Assembly (NCBI RefSeq): GCF_009914755.1
Contig: NC_060925.1
Direction: 5' to 3' (one strand)
From: the human T2T-CHM13v2.0 reference genome, Homo sapiens
Length of the DNA stretch: 64,000 nucleotides
The position numbers and the translations under genes are program-made. This document shows, in pieces, positions 34,417 through 50,440 of the stretch. Each line of letters starts with the position of its first letter. Positions within the stretch are counted from its first letter, which is position 1. Under the pieces are notes generated by a model. It worked only from the letters and a program-made list of their open reading frames with translations, made no database searches and was not told the DNA's origin.

Positions 34417-35406
34417 AGCCATCTATAAAAAAGCCCATAGCTAATATCAACACTTAATGTTGGGACAGGAACTGGATGTCTAGCTAGTCCAGTGAGACAA
34501 AAAAGAAAAAGCATACACACTGGGAAGGAAGAAAGAAAACTAGCTCTACTCACATATAATAAATACTATCTTATAGAATGTACCAATGGATGCACAAAAA
34601 GAGCTCCTAGAACTATAAGTCAATCATAGAAAGGTTGCAGGAAACAAGGTCAATATACACAAGGAAAATTATATTCCTATATATCAGCAATAAACAACTG
34701 GAATTTAAAACTTAAAAATACCATTTGTGAATAGCACCAAAAAAAATTAAAGGAATACTTAGGTATAAATCTAATATATGGAGGCCTCTATGCTGAGAAC
34801 TAGAAAACACTTGGAAGCAGACTACATCAGATTAAATGGAGAGGTATACAGTTGGCCCTCTGTGGGTTCTGCATCCATGGATTCAACCCCGAAGAGAAAA
34901 TTTTTGGGAAAAGGAAAAACGAGTAAAAATAATAAAAATTTAAAAATCCAGTATAACACCTATTTACATTGTATTAGGTATTGTAAGTCATTGAGATGAT
35001 TTAAAGTATAGGCATACCTCAAAGATACTGCAGGTTTGGTTACAGACCACTGCATTAAAGTGAATATCACAATAGAGTGGGTTACACAAATGTTTTGGTT
35101 TTCCAGTACACATAGAAGTTATGTTTATACTGTTGTCTAGTAAGTGTGCAATAGCATTATGTCTGCTCAGTATATATGCCTTCATTTTAAAATACTTTTT
35201 ATTACTAAAAAATGCTAAAGATTCTCTGAGTCTTCAGCGAGTTGTCATCCTTTTGCTGGTAGAGGGTCTTGCCTCGATGTTGATGGCTGCGGACTGATCA
35301 AGGTGGGGGGTGGTTGCTGAAGTTTGGGGTGGCTGTGGCAATTTCTTAAGACAATTAAGTTTGCTGTATTGATTGACTCTTCATTTCACAAAAGATTTCT
35401 CTGTAG

Positions 35407-35953
<547 letters not shown>

Positions 35954-36797
35954 AGGCTTCACTTCTAATTCTAGTTCTCTTGTTATTTCTACCACATCTG
36001 CAGTTCCTTCCTCCAACCTGAAGTCACCTGCTGCATTAATAGCCCCTAACAAGTTGCCTGTCCTTTAAAACTTTGAAGCCAGGCATTGACTTCTCTCTAG
36101 CTCTGAAAGTCCTAGATGGCATCCTCTGCCAAAAGAAGGCTGTTTCATCAACGTCGAAAATCTGTGTAGTGTGGCCACCTTCATCAGTGATCTTGGCTAG
36201 ATCTGGATGATTTGCTGCAGCTTCTGCATGAGCACTTGCTTCTTCACCTTGCTCTTTTTTGGAGGTAGTTTCTTTCCTCACGCTTCATTAACCAATGTCT
36301 GCTAGCTTCACAGTTTTCTGCTGTAGCTTCCTCACCTCTCAGCCTTTATAAAATTGAAGACAACTAGGGCTTTGCTCTGGATAAGGCTTTGGTTTAAGGG
36401 AATATTGTGGCTGGTTTGATCGTCTATCCGGAAAACTCAAACTTTCTCCATATCAGCAATAAGACTTTCACTTTCTTATTGATGTGTTCACTGGAGTCGC
36501 ACTTTTAATTTCAAGAACTTTTCCTTTGCATTCACAACTTGGCTAAGCATTTGGTGCAAGAGGCCTAGCTTTTGGCCTGTGTCAGCTTTTGACATTGGCT
36601 TCCTCACTAAGCTCTTTCATTTCTAGCTTTTGATTTAAAGCGAGAGACGTGCCACTTTTCCTTTCACTTGAACACTTTAGAGGCCATCAATAGTGTTATT
36701 AATTGGCCTAATTTCAATATTGTTGTCTCAGGGAATAGGGAGTCCTGAGGAGAAGAGAGAGATGGCAGCCAGTGAGAGGAGCAGTCAGAACACACAA

Positions 36798-37114
<317 letters not shown>

Positions 37115-39473
37115 TAAGTTCACCATCTTACATGGGTACAGTTTGTGGCACCCCAAAGCAATTATAAAAGTAACATCAAAGATCACTGATCACAGATCAC
37201 CATAATAGATGAAGCAATGAAAACATTTGAAATACTGTGAGAATTAGCAAAACTAACAGAGACACATGCTGTCGGGAAAATGGCACAGATAGATATGATT
37301 GACACAAGGTTGCCACAAACCTTCAATTTGTAAAAAATGCATTATCTGTGAAGCACAATAAATCAAGTGCAATAAAATGAGGTATGCCTGTATAAGGGAG
37401 GATATGTATAGATTATATGCAAATACTATACCATTTTATATAAGAAACTTGAGCATCTGCAGATTTTGGTATCTGCAGAGGGTCTTGGAGCCAATGCATC
37501 ATGGATACTGAGGGACGACTATACTGTGTTCATGGATTAGAAGACTCGCTATTGTTAAGATATGGTTAAATTCTCTCCAATTTGATCTATAGGTTCAATA
37601 CAACCCCAATCAAAATCTCAATAAGCTTTTTTGTAGATATTGACAAGCTGATTCTAAAATTTATATGGAAAAGTGAAGGAACTAAAATAGTCAATTCTAA
37701 AAGGAAGAACAAAGTTGGAGGATTCACATTACTTGATTTCAAGACATATTTGGAAGGTACAGTAATCAACACAGTATGGTATGGGCAAAACGAAAGATAT
37801 AGTTTAATGGAACAATAGAGACCCATATAATAGTCAACTGTGTTTGGACAGAAGTACAAAGGCATTTCAACAGAGAAAGGATAATCTTTTCAACAAATAG
37901 TGCTAGAAAAATTGGATATCCAAACACACCAAAAAATAAACTTTAACATCCTTACGCTTGGTACAAAAATTAACTCAAAATGGATCATAGAGCTAAATGT
38001 AAAATGTAAAACTATAAAACTTGAAGAAAATATGAAGAAGTTCTGCATGATCTTGTGTCTGGAAATGAATTTTCAGATAAAGCATCAAAAGCACAATCCA
38101 TACAAGTAAAAGCTAAATTGGACTTTATCAAAATTAAAAACTTTTGCTCTGCGAAAGATACTCTTAAAATAATGAAGGTAAATTACAGACTGAGAGACAA
38201 TGTTTGCAAATCATATATTTTATGAGGAACTTGCATCCAGAATAAATCTTGTAATTCTCAAAATAAGAAAAACAATCCAGTTTAAAAAATAAGATTTTGT
38301 ACATACTTCTTAGAAGGTATACTCTGAAAAATATATCAAAAGATGCTCCATGTTACGAAACATTAGAGTAATGCAAATTAATACCACAATGACATAATCA
38401 CTACACACCTATTAGAGTGGCTTGAATTAAAAAGTTGACAACACCAAGTGCTGCCGACGATGCAGAGCAACAGTCATTCACTGCTGCTGGCTATGGAAAA
38501 AATAAAGCCCCGTTGGAAAACAGCTTTTTTACAGAGTTAAACATACACTTACCTTATGACCCGGTAATCACACTCCTAGGTATTTCACCGAATGAACTGA
38601 AAACAAAACCTGTATATGAATATTTACTCAAAGCAGCTTTATTCATAATCACCAAAACCTTGAAACAACCCAGATGCCTACAACAGAGGAATGGATAAAC
38701 TGCGATACATCTATGAATGGGATACCACTCAGCACTAAGGAAAAATTAACTTCTGAGTCACACAACATAGATGAGCTTTAAATGCACTTTCCTATGTGAA
38801 GAAGCCAGATCCAAAAGGCTACATACTATATGCTGCCATTTATAAGATTCTGGAAAAGGTGAAACTGAAGAATAGAGAACAGATCAGTGGTTACCAATGG
38901 TTGGGATAAGGAGAGGGGTTGACTATGAAGGGGTCACCCAAGTAAACTTTGGGTGACAAAACTATGGCACTGTGGTGACAGATTCATGAGTTCACACTTG
39001 TCAAAATCCAGACTGTTCACTATAAAAAGTGACCTGAATGCACAAATAAAATCAACCAGGATATAGGGGGGATTACAAGATGGAATGCAGGTCGTGATGA
39101 GTCTAGTTGTATTATAAAATATATGACATAACCCTTTTCAAAGAGGTGGGTAAGAAAGGGACTGACCTAGGTAACTGGAAAATGGTGTTTTGACCAGATA
39201 CTGTAAGGCTACGGACAAAAAGAACTGTACACAGTTGCTAAATTTGCAATTCTGAAACTACGTTTACATTAGGATTGAACAAATAAGTAAATATAGATAA
39301 TGAGAACCAGGTCTAGGTCAGAAAAAGCAGTTAAAAGCAAGAGGTGAATGTTAGAATGAATCCTGTGGTGCTGGATTGTGTCAGAGATGTCAGTACGAAG
39401 TCACGTTTATGTTCACCTATCTAGACTGATAAAGGCAGAAACATCATAGATATGTACATACATGGGTTGGTAG

Positions 39474-39954
<481 letters not shown>

Positions 39955-40816
39955 CTAGTCACTCACTTTTAACAGACTAAGAGGACAGGTAGCAACTTCA
40001 CAGAGAAGAATGTGGCAAGCGCAGCCTTCATCCATTGATGGGGGTAGTCCATCCTGCTGGTGCCATGAGCCGCCTAACACGATGTGATGGGAAGGCACCT
40101 GACCACTGGCATGTTCTTCCTTAAAACCCACAAACTCAGTCTAATGAGAAAACACCAGACAAGCCCAAATTATGGGACATTCACAGAATACTTGGCCAGT
40201 ACTCTTCAAGTGTCCAGGTCATGGAAAGACAAGGAAAGACTGAAGATCTGTCAGAGATATGAGGAGACTAAGGGAACACACAATGTGGTATCCTGGGTTG
40301 GCTCCTGGGGCAGAAAACAGAGTGGAAAACAGAGTGGAAAATGGGAGATTTGAATAAAGCCTATAGTCTAGTGAAGAGAGCCATTATCAATGGTTACTTT
40401 CTCAGCTTTGATGAAGGTTACCATGGTTATTAAGATCACATTAGAGGCATGTGGGTGAAGGGTGTATGAAAACTTTGTGTACTCTCTTTGCAACCCTTCT
40501 ACAAAACAGTCATTTCTAAAGAAAACTGCAGAAGAAAATATTTACAGGTAATGGGCTCAAATTTAAATATTATTTAAAAGGACCCAGATATAATTGAAAT
40601 TCATTGCTGGGTAGTGATAAATAGTTACTCATAAATAATTAAGTAATAAATGCCAGAGGAAAAAAATTGAAAGAACAGAAACAATCAACACTTACAGGTT
40701 CCATTCTGTTGCGATAAAGATATACAGGAGTAATTCAACTCCTTTAGGTCCATGTTCATAGTTGTCAGAATATAGACTATTTCTAACCACTATTTGATCT
40801 CTGTGTGCAAAGGTGA

Positions 40817-41165
<349 letters not shown>

Positions 41166-41491
41166 ATAAACTTACTGTGAATGATTATGGCCTAGTTCAT
41201 GGCTTTAAAAATAAATTAAAGCCTACTACCTGAGCATTCTGAGCCTCACAGGGATGCTGGCTCTGCATCCTGCCAAATGTGTTCCCGAGGGGAGTACAGA
41301 GACGGAAAGCGGCACAGAGGCTGATGACCCCTCTTCATTCGGAACCTTTGCCTCAACCTCCCTGGTCTCCATATGACTCAAGGGTATGAGTGTTCACAGA
41401 TGATCGCTGCTTTAACTCTGCTTTATCATAGTCCACACTTCTGACAAAAGGCGTTTCTAGGAAATAAATTCTCTCTTAAAAAATCCATTGT

Positions 41492-41558
41492 TTTATTTCC
41501 ACAATTGCTTAAAATATTTTATTAAAGGAAGAATACAATTTAACAAAAAGTGTTTATT
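41492..41558 (-). terminator. TARBP1: TARBP1 polyadenylation signals
   Basis: Three minus-strand AATAAA (plus-strand TTTATT at 41553, 41518 and 41492). Confidence 0.75.
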
Positions 41559-41732
41559 AAAGGGGAAAATATATAGTAATATGTTTAAGGCACATGGCAA
41601 ACTTTTGGCATTAAATTGCAAGAAAAAAGAAATACAAATTATCACAATAAATTTCAGAATCTGTTTCTTTAGTCCAAATAGTTTTTTTTAAAAAAGTCTG
41701 AACAGCAGCAGCAGTTCACTAAGGAAGGCACA

Positions 41733-41901
41733 TCATGGCTTGGTATCTCCGTGCGAGAGCAGCTGCTGCCTGGTGTACTCCCAGATCAGCAGGGCTCCAC
41801 TCACATGGACATTCAGGGAGCGGATAATGCCCTGTTGAGGAATTTCCACACAAACGTCCAACTGTTGGATCAGATTTGCTGGAATTCCCTCACGTTCATT
41901 T
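41733..41901 (-). CDS. TARBP1: TARBP1 last exon CDS ([55 protein letters not shown]); TrmH/Trm3-type tRNA Gm18 2'-O-methyltransferase domain
   Basis: cctcag|A; SPOUT motifs GNEREGI and IPQQG..SLNV; TGA at 41733-41735. Confidence 0.97.
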
Positions 41902-42241
41902 CTGAGGAAGAAAATGGAAGAAAGATTAGTTTTCCTGTAACAAACAATTTTTCTCTTTGATATTCTTTTTATTTTTTGTTTATTCACTTATTTTTCTCTT
42001 TGATATTCTGAATGTTACTAAAAGAAACATTAACAAATGAAGTTAAGTCTGTAGTACCGGGAAATAAATAAGAGTGTAAAAAAAAAGACTGATGGGTCAA
42101 TTCCATGTTCAGCTGGCCATGCCAGAGAGATGAAATAAAAGGAAAGCCCAGGGAGCTTCTTATAAATGTTACAAATCAAAGAAAAGTGCAGGTATGAGCA
42201 GGAGTCAGGGTAAACTGTAAAACAGAAAAGTAACATCTTCT

Positions 42242-42509
42242 AGCCAGGCACGGTGGCTCACGCCTGTAATCCCACCATGGAGGCCAAGGCCAGAGGATCA
42301 CTTGAGGTCAGGAGTTCGAGACCAGCCTAGCCAACATGGTGAAACCCTGGGTCTCGTGGAGCATGCCTGTAATCCCAGCTACTTGGGAAGCTGATGCCTG
42401 AAAATTGCTTGAGCCAATGAGGCAGAGGTTGTAGTGAGCCGAGATTGTGCCACTACACTCCAGCCTGGGCTACAGAGTGAGACTCCGTCTCAAAAACAAA
42501 AAAAAACAA
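42242..42509 (+). mobile_element. Alu with small internal deletions
   Basis: Alu consensus; TSD gtaacatcttc. Confidence 0.92.
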
Positions 42510-42571
42510 GGTAACATCTTCCAGTAGTCTGGGGCTCAGAGAATATACTATGGACACAAGAAGCTTCTTAC

Positions 42572-42708
42572 CCCAACAAGAGCAGAGATTTCTCAGGAAA
42601 GCAATATTGGGTTAGGTCTAAACTTTTGGCAGTTTGTTCCACTCCAATGATGGTATAACCTTCTGTTTTCTTCTGCTGCAGATAATCAATTAGCTGAGGT
42701 GGTTTTAC
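42572..42708 (-). CDS. TARBP1: TARBP1 penultimate exon ([27 protein letters not shown]...KSLLLLG)
   Basis: attcag|GTA ... GG|gtaaga, 137 nt. Confidence 0.95.
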
Positions 42709-42801
42709 CTGAATATTAGTTTAAAAAGAACAGAATATTCATTCAGTTATAGCCCTGCTTGGAGTAAATTAGAGTTAAAAAACGTATTAACCTAAACTTA
42801 A

Positions 42802-43174
<373 letters not shown>

Positions 43175-43517
43175 ACCATGATATAAATTTCTAAGAATTA
43201 TTCCTACATCAAGAGTGGGCTGTAACAGGATATGTTTTACTGAACAGAATTCTACATTATTGATGATTTCTAAAACTGTGACCTATAAAAAAATAAGTAG
43301 AAAAACAGAAGTGAGCTGTATGTTATTTTTAAACACTGTTCTTAAATGATTAAAGACTGCACTATTATAAATTATGCAAAAGGACTAATACACAAAGATA
43401 GAGCACTATAAAATATTTTTACAAATACAAACTTTTTTTTAAACTTTTATTTTAGGTTCACGGGTACATGTGCGGGCTTGTTTTAAGAACTTTAATAATA
43501 AATTACTTTCCACCCAC

Positions 43518-43642
43518 CTCCACTAGAGGAAGCCACTGTTCTGCAGAGACACTGAGGTGCTGAAACTGTTTGTCGCTGATACACTGAAGGCTGCCAACAA
43601 CGAGCACTGAAGCCCCAAATACCTCACAGGTCCTGCACAGTC
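43518..43642 (-). CDS. TARBP1: TARBP1 coding exon ([17 protein letters not shown]...AEQWLPLVE)
   Basis: ctgtgcag|GA ... GAG|gtgggt, 125 nt. Confidence 0.94.
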
Positions 43643-43801
43643 CTGCACAGAACACCTGGGATCATTAAGATTGTTCCCAGCACAATGCTAAGCTCATCAT
43701 GTCGCATACATTCCTTTGAAGCTCCCGTGGCAGTGGATTAATTAAAAAATGTTGAAGACCAAAAGCTTTCAGGCAAAGCTCCCAGAAAACTCCAACTTTA
43801 C

Positions 43802-43993
43802 CTCCTAAATTGGTCGGTTTGTCGATGAGCGAGGCCACAACGATGAGTCTACTAATTGACTTTCCAAGTCTGGCAGCACGATCCTGAAACAGGAGCTCCA
43901 GGTCTAAGTCGGAAACACGACTGTTCCACGGGATAATCTTCTTCTGAACGTCGGTCCACTCCGCTTGGTTATCTGCTTCGACCAAATTAGTAC
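43802..43993 (-). CDS. TARBP1: TARBP1 coding exon ([10 protein letters not shown]...[15 protein letters not shown]), start of SPOUT domain
   Basis: cccag|GT ... G|gtaaag, 192 nt; SpoU motif 1. Confidence 0.95.
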
Positions 43994-44959
43994 CTGGGAA
44001 GGAAAAAGAAAACAATCCCACATATAAATAAATCTGAATCTCTATATATTTATGTATACATGTATATGTATTTTTAAGAATGTGAAATAATTTAGAATGA
44101 GATAATTTAGAATGAGACTTAACAAAGCATTAAGTAAAAAACTTTAGTTGGATTCAGACACAATTCCCATTTGTAGTAGTAACTTTAAGTTTTCAAAATC
44201 AGCTTTATTAACCAACATATTATGATACTTCATGGAAACATGAGATACACGTTTTTTCACGTTTTAGCATATCTGAAATTGAGACACATCTTAGAATCCA
44301 GAGTATCATAGTTTGGTAACATTTTTTTCCTTGGAAGTACATAAAATAATGATGTATCTTACAAACAGCAGTATATTAGATTGGGATTTTCTATGGAAAG
44401 ACTATTTCTGAAAACAATATAATAAAATATCTAAAATAATTTTAAAAGTGCTGGAGTAACTTTTCTAAAATGAAGGATGTTGTATAAAGCAGTTATCTCT
44501 TGACAAAAGTGATGAGGACACAGAACGTTACTAGCCTATCTGACTGCAGTGTTTTCATCTCTGTAGTACAGGACTGAGACTCTACCTCTCAGGCTCTTCC
44601 TCAACTCTGTCCTACTCCAAACTGCTTTCTGAGCAATCAAGTGGCACTTAGTTCACTTAGGATAGGACAGACATGCAAATAACTGTAACACAGTACAACA
44701 GTGAAGGTAATGCTTACACAGAAAGGGGTTACTAATGTCTAGGGGAGGGAGAAGCAAAGGGTAAGACCCCGGAAGGCTCGCGGGAAGGAAGGTAAAAGTT
44801 TGCAAAGCAGACAGTAGATACAGCATGTGCACATGCATGGGATGTAGAAGCAACATGGTTCAGACAGCAGCAAGTACCTTGGTTTAGTGCACAGCCTGCA
44901 ATGGAGTGGAGGGAGATGGCTCAAACCAAAGGGCTTTGCATACAATGATAAAGAATTTA

Positions 44960-45412
<453 letters not shown>

Positions 45413-45949
45413 TTAAAAACCATTAAAAAATTTTAAGAAGGAGAGTAACAGTACTGCTGTGTGTTTTAGAAAAATCTCTTTTAATAGCTATGTGGAGGCT
45501 AGAAAACCATTAAGGGGCTTTTGTAGTAGTCCAGGTAAAAACAATGCCAGTCTAAATGAAGACAAGGCAAGAGGGGCTAAAGAAGAGGAGGAGGAGGCAG
45601 CTTTGGGAAGTGAAATCGCCAAGACTGGGTAACGGATGTGGCAAGAGCAAAAACAGGACAAGAACGACTTCCACGATGATTGACCAATACCATTAATAGG
45701 GCATACAGAGCAGGCACTTTTGGGCAGAAAGGCAAACTGAATTTGGATATGGTGATATTTCAAGAGCTTAAGGAATATCCCGGTGCTAATGTCCAGTCTG
45801 TTCAGGACAGAGGCTGGGCAGCAGATAAGGATTTGAAAGTTATAGTTACACAGGCGGTGGTTTCAAGTTGGGGACATTAATAAATGTGTTCTGGGAGAGG
45901 ATGAAGAGTGAGAAGAAGACTGGGCCCGTGAAAACCTTCAGTGGCAGGA

Positions 45950-46245
45950 GGAGAGGTTGGTCAGAAGGTACAAAGTTAGTCAGTCAGGAATAAGCTCTTG
46001 TGTTCTAGTACACAGTAAGATGACTATAGGTAACAATAATGTATGTATACTTCCAAATAGCTAGAAGAGAGGATTTTCCATGTTCTCATCACAAACGTGA
46101 GAGGTGACAGATATGCTAATTATCCTGATTTGACCATTACACAATGTATATATGCATGAAAACGCCACACTGTACCCCATAAATATGTACAATTATTATT
46201 TGTCAATTAAAAATGAAGTAAAACTTCTTTAAAAAAGAAAAAAAA
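45950..46245 (+). mobile_element. L1MA-type 3' end
   Basis: aaatagctagaagagaggatttt...gtaccccataaatatgtacaattatta. Confidence 0.8.
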
Positions 46246-47356
46246 TTAGGGGGATACTAACATTTAAGCCTCAGCATGGAAAGTCTATTACAACATGCCC
46301 CTCTTTACCAAAAACAGGCAGAACAGACAGACCTCGTTAGCCATTCTGCCATTCCAGTAACACTGTATTTCCCTGCTCCGCTTTACGCAGAACTCGACAG
46401 CTGCCTACAATGCCATCTCTCTTCCCTCTCCTCCCAGGCTCTACCCAACCGCACTGGGAAGTGCCTCCTGTCACTGTCCTTTGCTCTAGAATCTTCACAG
46501 TTGCTCTTCCTTTTCCAGTAAAGCTCTCGCCGGGACAGACCTTGCCTTGCCTTGCCCATACTTCCTTGGGGTCTCTGCTCAATGTCAACTCCTTAGAAAG
46601 GTCTTTCTCACCCTCCGTCCCTCTCTTCACCCTGCTTTGTTTTTTCACGGTACTTCTACTACCAGACACTGTGTTAGGTACGTGCTCCCTGTTGTCTCCT
46701 CTGTAAGAATGTGGGCTCTATGAGGCAGGGACTCGGTCTCATGTCTAACACGCAGGAGACAATCAATCAATCTTTGTTGAATGAATAAATTTAGGATAGT
46801 ATGTCTTAAAACACATTAGTGAACCATCCAGAGGCCTGACAAAAATTGCATTTTCCCAGAACTCTCCTCCAGAGATACTGAATTTAAACTAAGGGTGGTT
46901 CCAGACCCATAATTGGCCTTTAAAAAAAAAGAAAAAAAAAATCTAAGGGTGGGACATGGAATCTGAATTTTCAACAAGTCACATGTGAGTCCTGAAGACA
47001 TGGAAAGTTTGGAGAAGCACCGATGTCAGGGGCATGTGGGGGACTCAGAATGAGAAGGGTCAGAGTAAGGAGGAAAGGCAGGATGGCCGGAGACTGGCAA
47101 ACATGTGGCACAGAATGGGCAGGTGCAATCTGAGGGCAGCGTCCATTTTCCACTCGGACTGTGTAAAAGAAACCGAAAGAAAATTTCTAATTTCCTGAAA
47201 GAAGTTTCAAAGGTGGTAATCGGCTGGGGAGAGTCAGAATGAGGCTAAAATGTGAGTGACAGACTGATAGGAAGATAGCCTACAGTCATTAAGACGGTCA
47301 TTTTTAAATTGAGTTAGGGAACCTGATTCTTGGGTTTTTAGGACAGCTTGACTGTG

Positions 47357-48245
47357 AAGGGGAAGAGGAGGAGGAGGGGGAGGAGGGGGGAAGGGGGAGG
47401 GGATGGGAAAGTGGAGAGGGAGGGAAGGGAGAAGGGAGTAGGGGAGGCAGAGGAGGGGGAAGGGGAGAAAGGGGAGTGGGAGGAGAGGGAGGAGGGGGAG
47501 GGGGAGGATGGGGAGGAGGGGTGAGGGGGAGGAGGCGGAGGGGGAGGACGGGGATGGGGAGGAGGGGGAAGAGGGGGGAGGAGGGGGAAGAGGGGGGAGG
47601 AGGGGGAAGATGGGGGAGGGGAAGGAGGGAGGATGGGGAAGAGGGGGAGGGGGGAAGGGGGAGGGGGAAGGGGGATGGGGAAGGATGGGGATGGGGAGGA
47701 GGGGAAAGAGGGAGGGGGGAAGGGGGATGGGGATGGGGAGGAGGAGGAAGAGGGGAGGAGGTGGGGGAAGAGGGGAGGAGGTGGGGGAAGAGGGGAGGGG
47801 GAGGGGGAAGAGGGGAGGAGGGGGGAAGAGGGGAGGAGGTGAGGGAAGAGGGGGAGGGGGAGAGGGGGAAGAGGGGGAAGAGAGGGAGGAGGGAGAAGAG
47901 GGGGGAGGGGGAAGAGGGGGAGGAGGGGGAGGAGGCGGGGGAGGAGGGGGAGGAGGCGGGGGAAGAGGGGGAGAAGGGGAGGGGGAGGAGGTGGGGGAAG
48001 AGGGGGAGGGGGGAGGGGGAAGGGGGAGGAGGGGGAGGGGGAAGAGGGGAAGAAGGGGGAGGGGAAGGAGGGGGAAAGAGGGTGAAGAGGGAGGGGAGGG
48101 GAGGAGGGAGGGGAGGGGGTAGAGGGAGGGGACGGGAGGAGGGAGGGGAGGGGGAAGAGGGGGAGGAGGTGGAGGGGAGGAGGGGGAGGGGGAGGGAGGG
48201 GGAGGGGAGGAGGGAGGGGAGGGGGAGGAGGGGGAGGAGAGGAAT
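47357..48245. repeat. ~890-bp G/A low-complexity (polypurine) tract in a TARBP1 intron
   Basis: Almost exclusively G and A; units such as GGGGGAGGA and GGGGGAAGA. Confidence 0.97.
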
Positions 48246-48758
48246 GTGGGTCCCAGAGGAAGCTGGTGGAAAGGAGTCATTGTACAGGGAAGGATGAGAC
48301 AGAGGAGAAGGGATAACATGAAGCGGCGTCCAACCAACCAAGAGGGGACTAGAATCAAGAGCTCTGCTTTATTCCTATGAAGGACAAAAAAAGAGATTTC
48401 ATCATTTGGTCCTTTTGGAAATGTTTATTTTTACAGAAATATATAGTAGAAAAGCAATGAGTGTTAACGAACAATACTACTTAAAAGGGAGGCCACTGGC
48501 CATCAGCTTTATATAAAGCAGATCAGGCTTCCTTTGGCTTTTTTTTTTTTTTTAAATAGCTTTAAAGCTAAGTTTCACTAAAAGTGTTAGTCAAAGTTAT
48601 ACCACACTTTTTCACTGTCTTTTCCCTAAGTGGAAAGGCAGAGGTCACCATGTCAATGAAAGTGATATTATTATTAACTACCTGTCCTTAGTAACTTAAA
48701 TCAAAAAAATCTAACCAGATCAACAAGGGGAAAAAATAAAATGAAAATTATTTTTTAC

Positions 48759-48930
48759 CTATGTCTTGCTGAGACCAGTCACCTGGTTTTAGTTTACTAA
48801 GTTGAGTTTGAGAAAGGTACCACTGAAATCCCGCAGCTAAAGGAACATCAGTGAATCTGGTAAATTTATCAATGGTGATCCATTCATCTTCAATAAGGCC
48901 TGAAAGGCGTGGAAGGATGTAAAATATGGT
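48759..48930 (-). CDS. TARBP1: TARBP1 coding exon ([17 protein letters not shown]...DWSQQDI)
   Basis: ttttcag|ACC ... G|gtaaaa, 172 nt. Confidence 0.92.
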
Positions 48931-49820
48931 CTGAAAAGAGAATTATAAAATCTAAATTTCTTCCCTTAAGAATAACAAAGAAATATATAACATTTAAAAT
49001 ACAACTTAATTATTAATGATATATTCTCCAAACTATTACATCTGATCAAACTATATACTTTCATTTATATCTTATAGCAACTGTCTATATATATTTCTCA
49101 TCTTCTCAGAAATTAGGGGATTAATTTAGGAAACCCCTGAGAGGAGGCAGAACTTGTACTCTGGTACTTCTAACTGTGTGTAATAAACCAGTATGTGCCT
49201 AATAAAAACAGTGTTTCAGAAGTAATCAGTTCTAATGATGGACAGTATTTGGATAAGTGCAATTTACTGACAACTAAATACCTCCAAAGGCAATCAAGTT
49301 CAAGCTCTTTTCATGACAAGTCTTTTACTCTCGTACCCATTAGATAAATTTAGAATCTGAATTCTGGTTTGACTAATATAATTAGTTATGTGACGTTAGG
49401 CAAGTGATTCAGCCTTTCTTGGCTTCAACTTCCTCATTTGTAAGACGAGGATAAAATCAGATTACAACAACATATTAAAGTGTTCGTGAACACGGCATAG
49501 TCTGACACCACTGTAAACAGTCATCGCATAAGCAATCCTCCTTTGCTTTTCTTACCTACTAAAAGAACTGCACCATAAAAATGACCAACAGTGAAACAAG
49601 TACATAGGAAGCAGAGGTCCAAGTAACAGGCAACTTAAAAACGAAACAATACTCTTAGCAGCAATGCACATGTCTTCATGAAAGGTTTTAGAATGAATAT
49701 GGTTTTCTTCACACTAGCTATATCTGTGCAAACTTAAACTGGCACAATGATCACGACTACATGTTGATTAAGGGGGAACCAAGTAGGGGGCACCAAGTAC
49801 AGCTCCAAATACATGAAGAC

Positions 49821-50440
49821 TAAACTAGTTCAACCATTGTGGAAGTCAGTGTGGCGATTCCTCAGGGATCTAGAACTAGAAATACCATTTGACCCAGCCA
49901 TCCCATTACTGGGTATATACACAAGGACTATAAATCATGCTGCTATAAAGACACATGCACACGTATGTTTATTGCGGCACTATTCACAATAGCAAAGACT
50001 TGGAACCAACCCAAATGTCCAACAATGATAGACTGGATTAAGAAAATGTGGCACATATACACCATGGAATACTATGAGGCCATAAAAAATGATGAGTTCA
50101 TGTCCTTTGTAGGGACATGGATGAAATTGGAAATCATCATTCTCAGTAAACTATCGCAAGAACGAAAAACCAAACACCGCATATTCTCACTCATAGGTGG
50201 AAACTGAACAATGAGAACACACGGACACAGGAAGGGGAACATTACACTCTGGGGACTGTTGTGGGGTGGGGGGAGGGGGGGAGGGATAGCTTTAGGAGAT
50301 ATACCTAATGCTAGATGACGAGTTGGTGGGTGCAGCACACGACCATGGCACATTTATACATATGTAACTAACCTGCACATTGTGCACATGTACCCTAAAA
50401 CTTAAAGTATAATAATAATAAAATAAAAACAAAAAAAAAA
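49821..50440 (+). mobile_element. Young 5'-truncated L1 (L1PA2-like), antisense to TARBP1
   Basis: ORF2 C-terminus MFIAALFTIAKTWNQPKCP...FSLIGGN; gctagatgacgag diagnostic; 14-bp TSD CAAATACATGAAGA at 49806 and 50441. Confidence 0.92.

Noticed and set aside
36036-36281. Transposase-like ORF as a domesticated TIGD-type gene
   Set aside because: Short fragment of a deleted, Alu-interrupted Tigger1
47234-48358. 374/345-aa Pro-rich and 273/204-aa Gly/Glu/Arg-rich ORFs
   Set aside because: Open only because the G/A tract lacks stop codons; no coding or splice support
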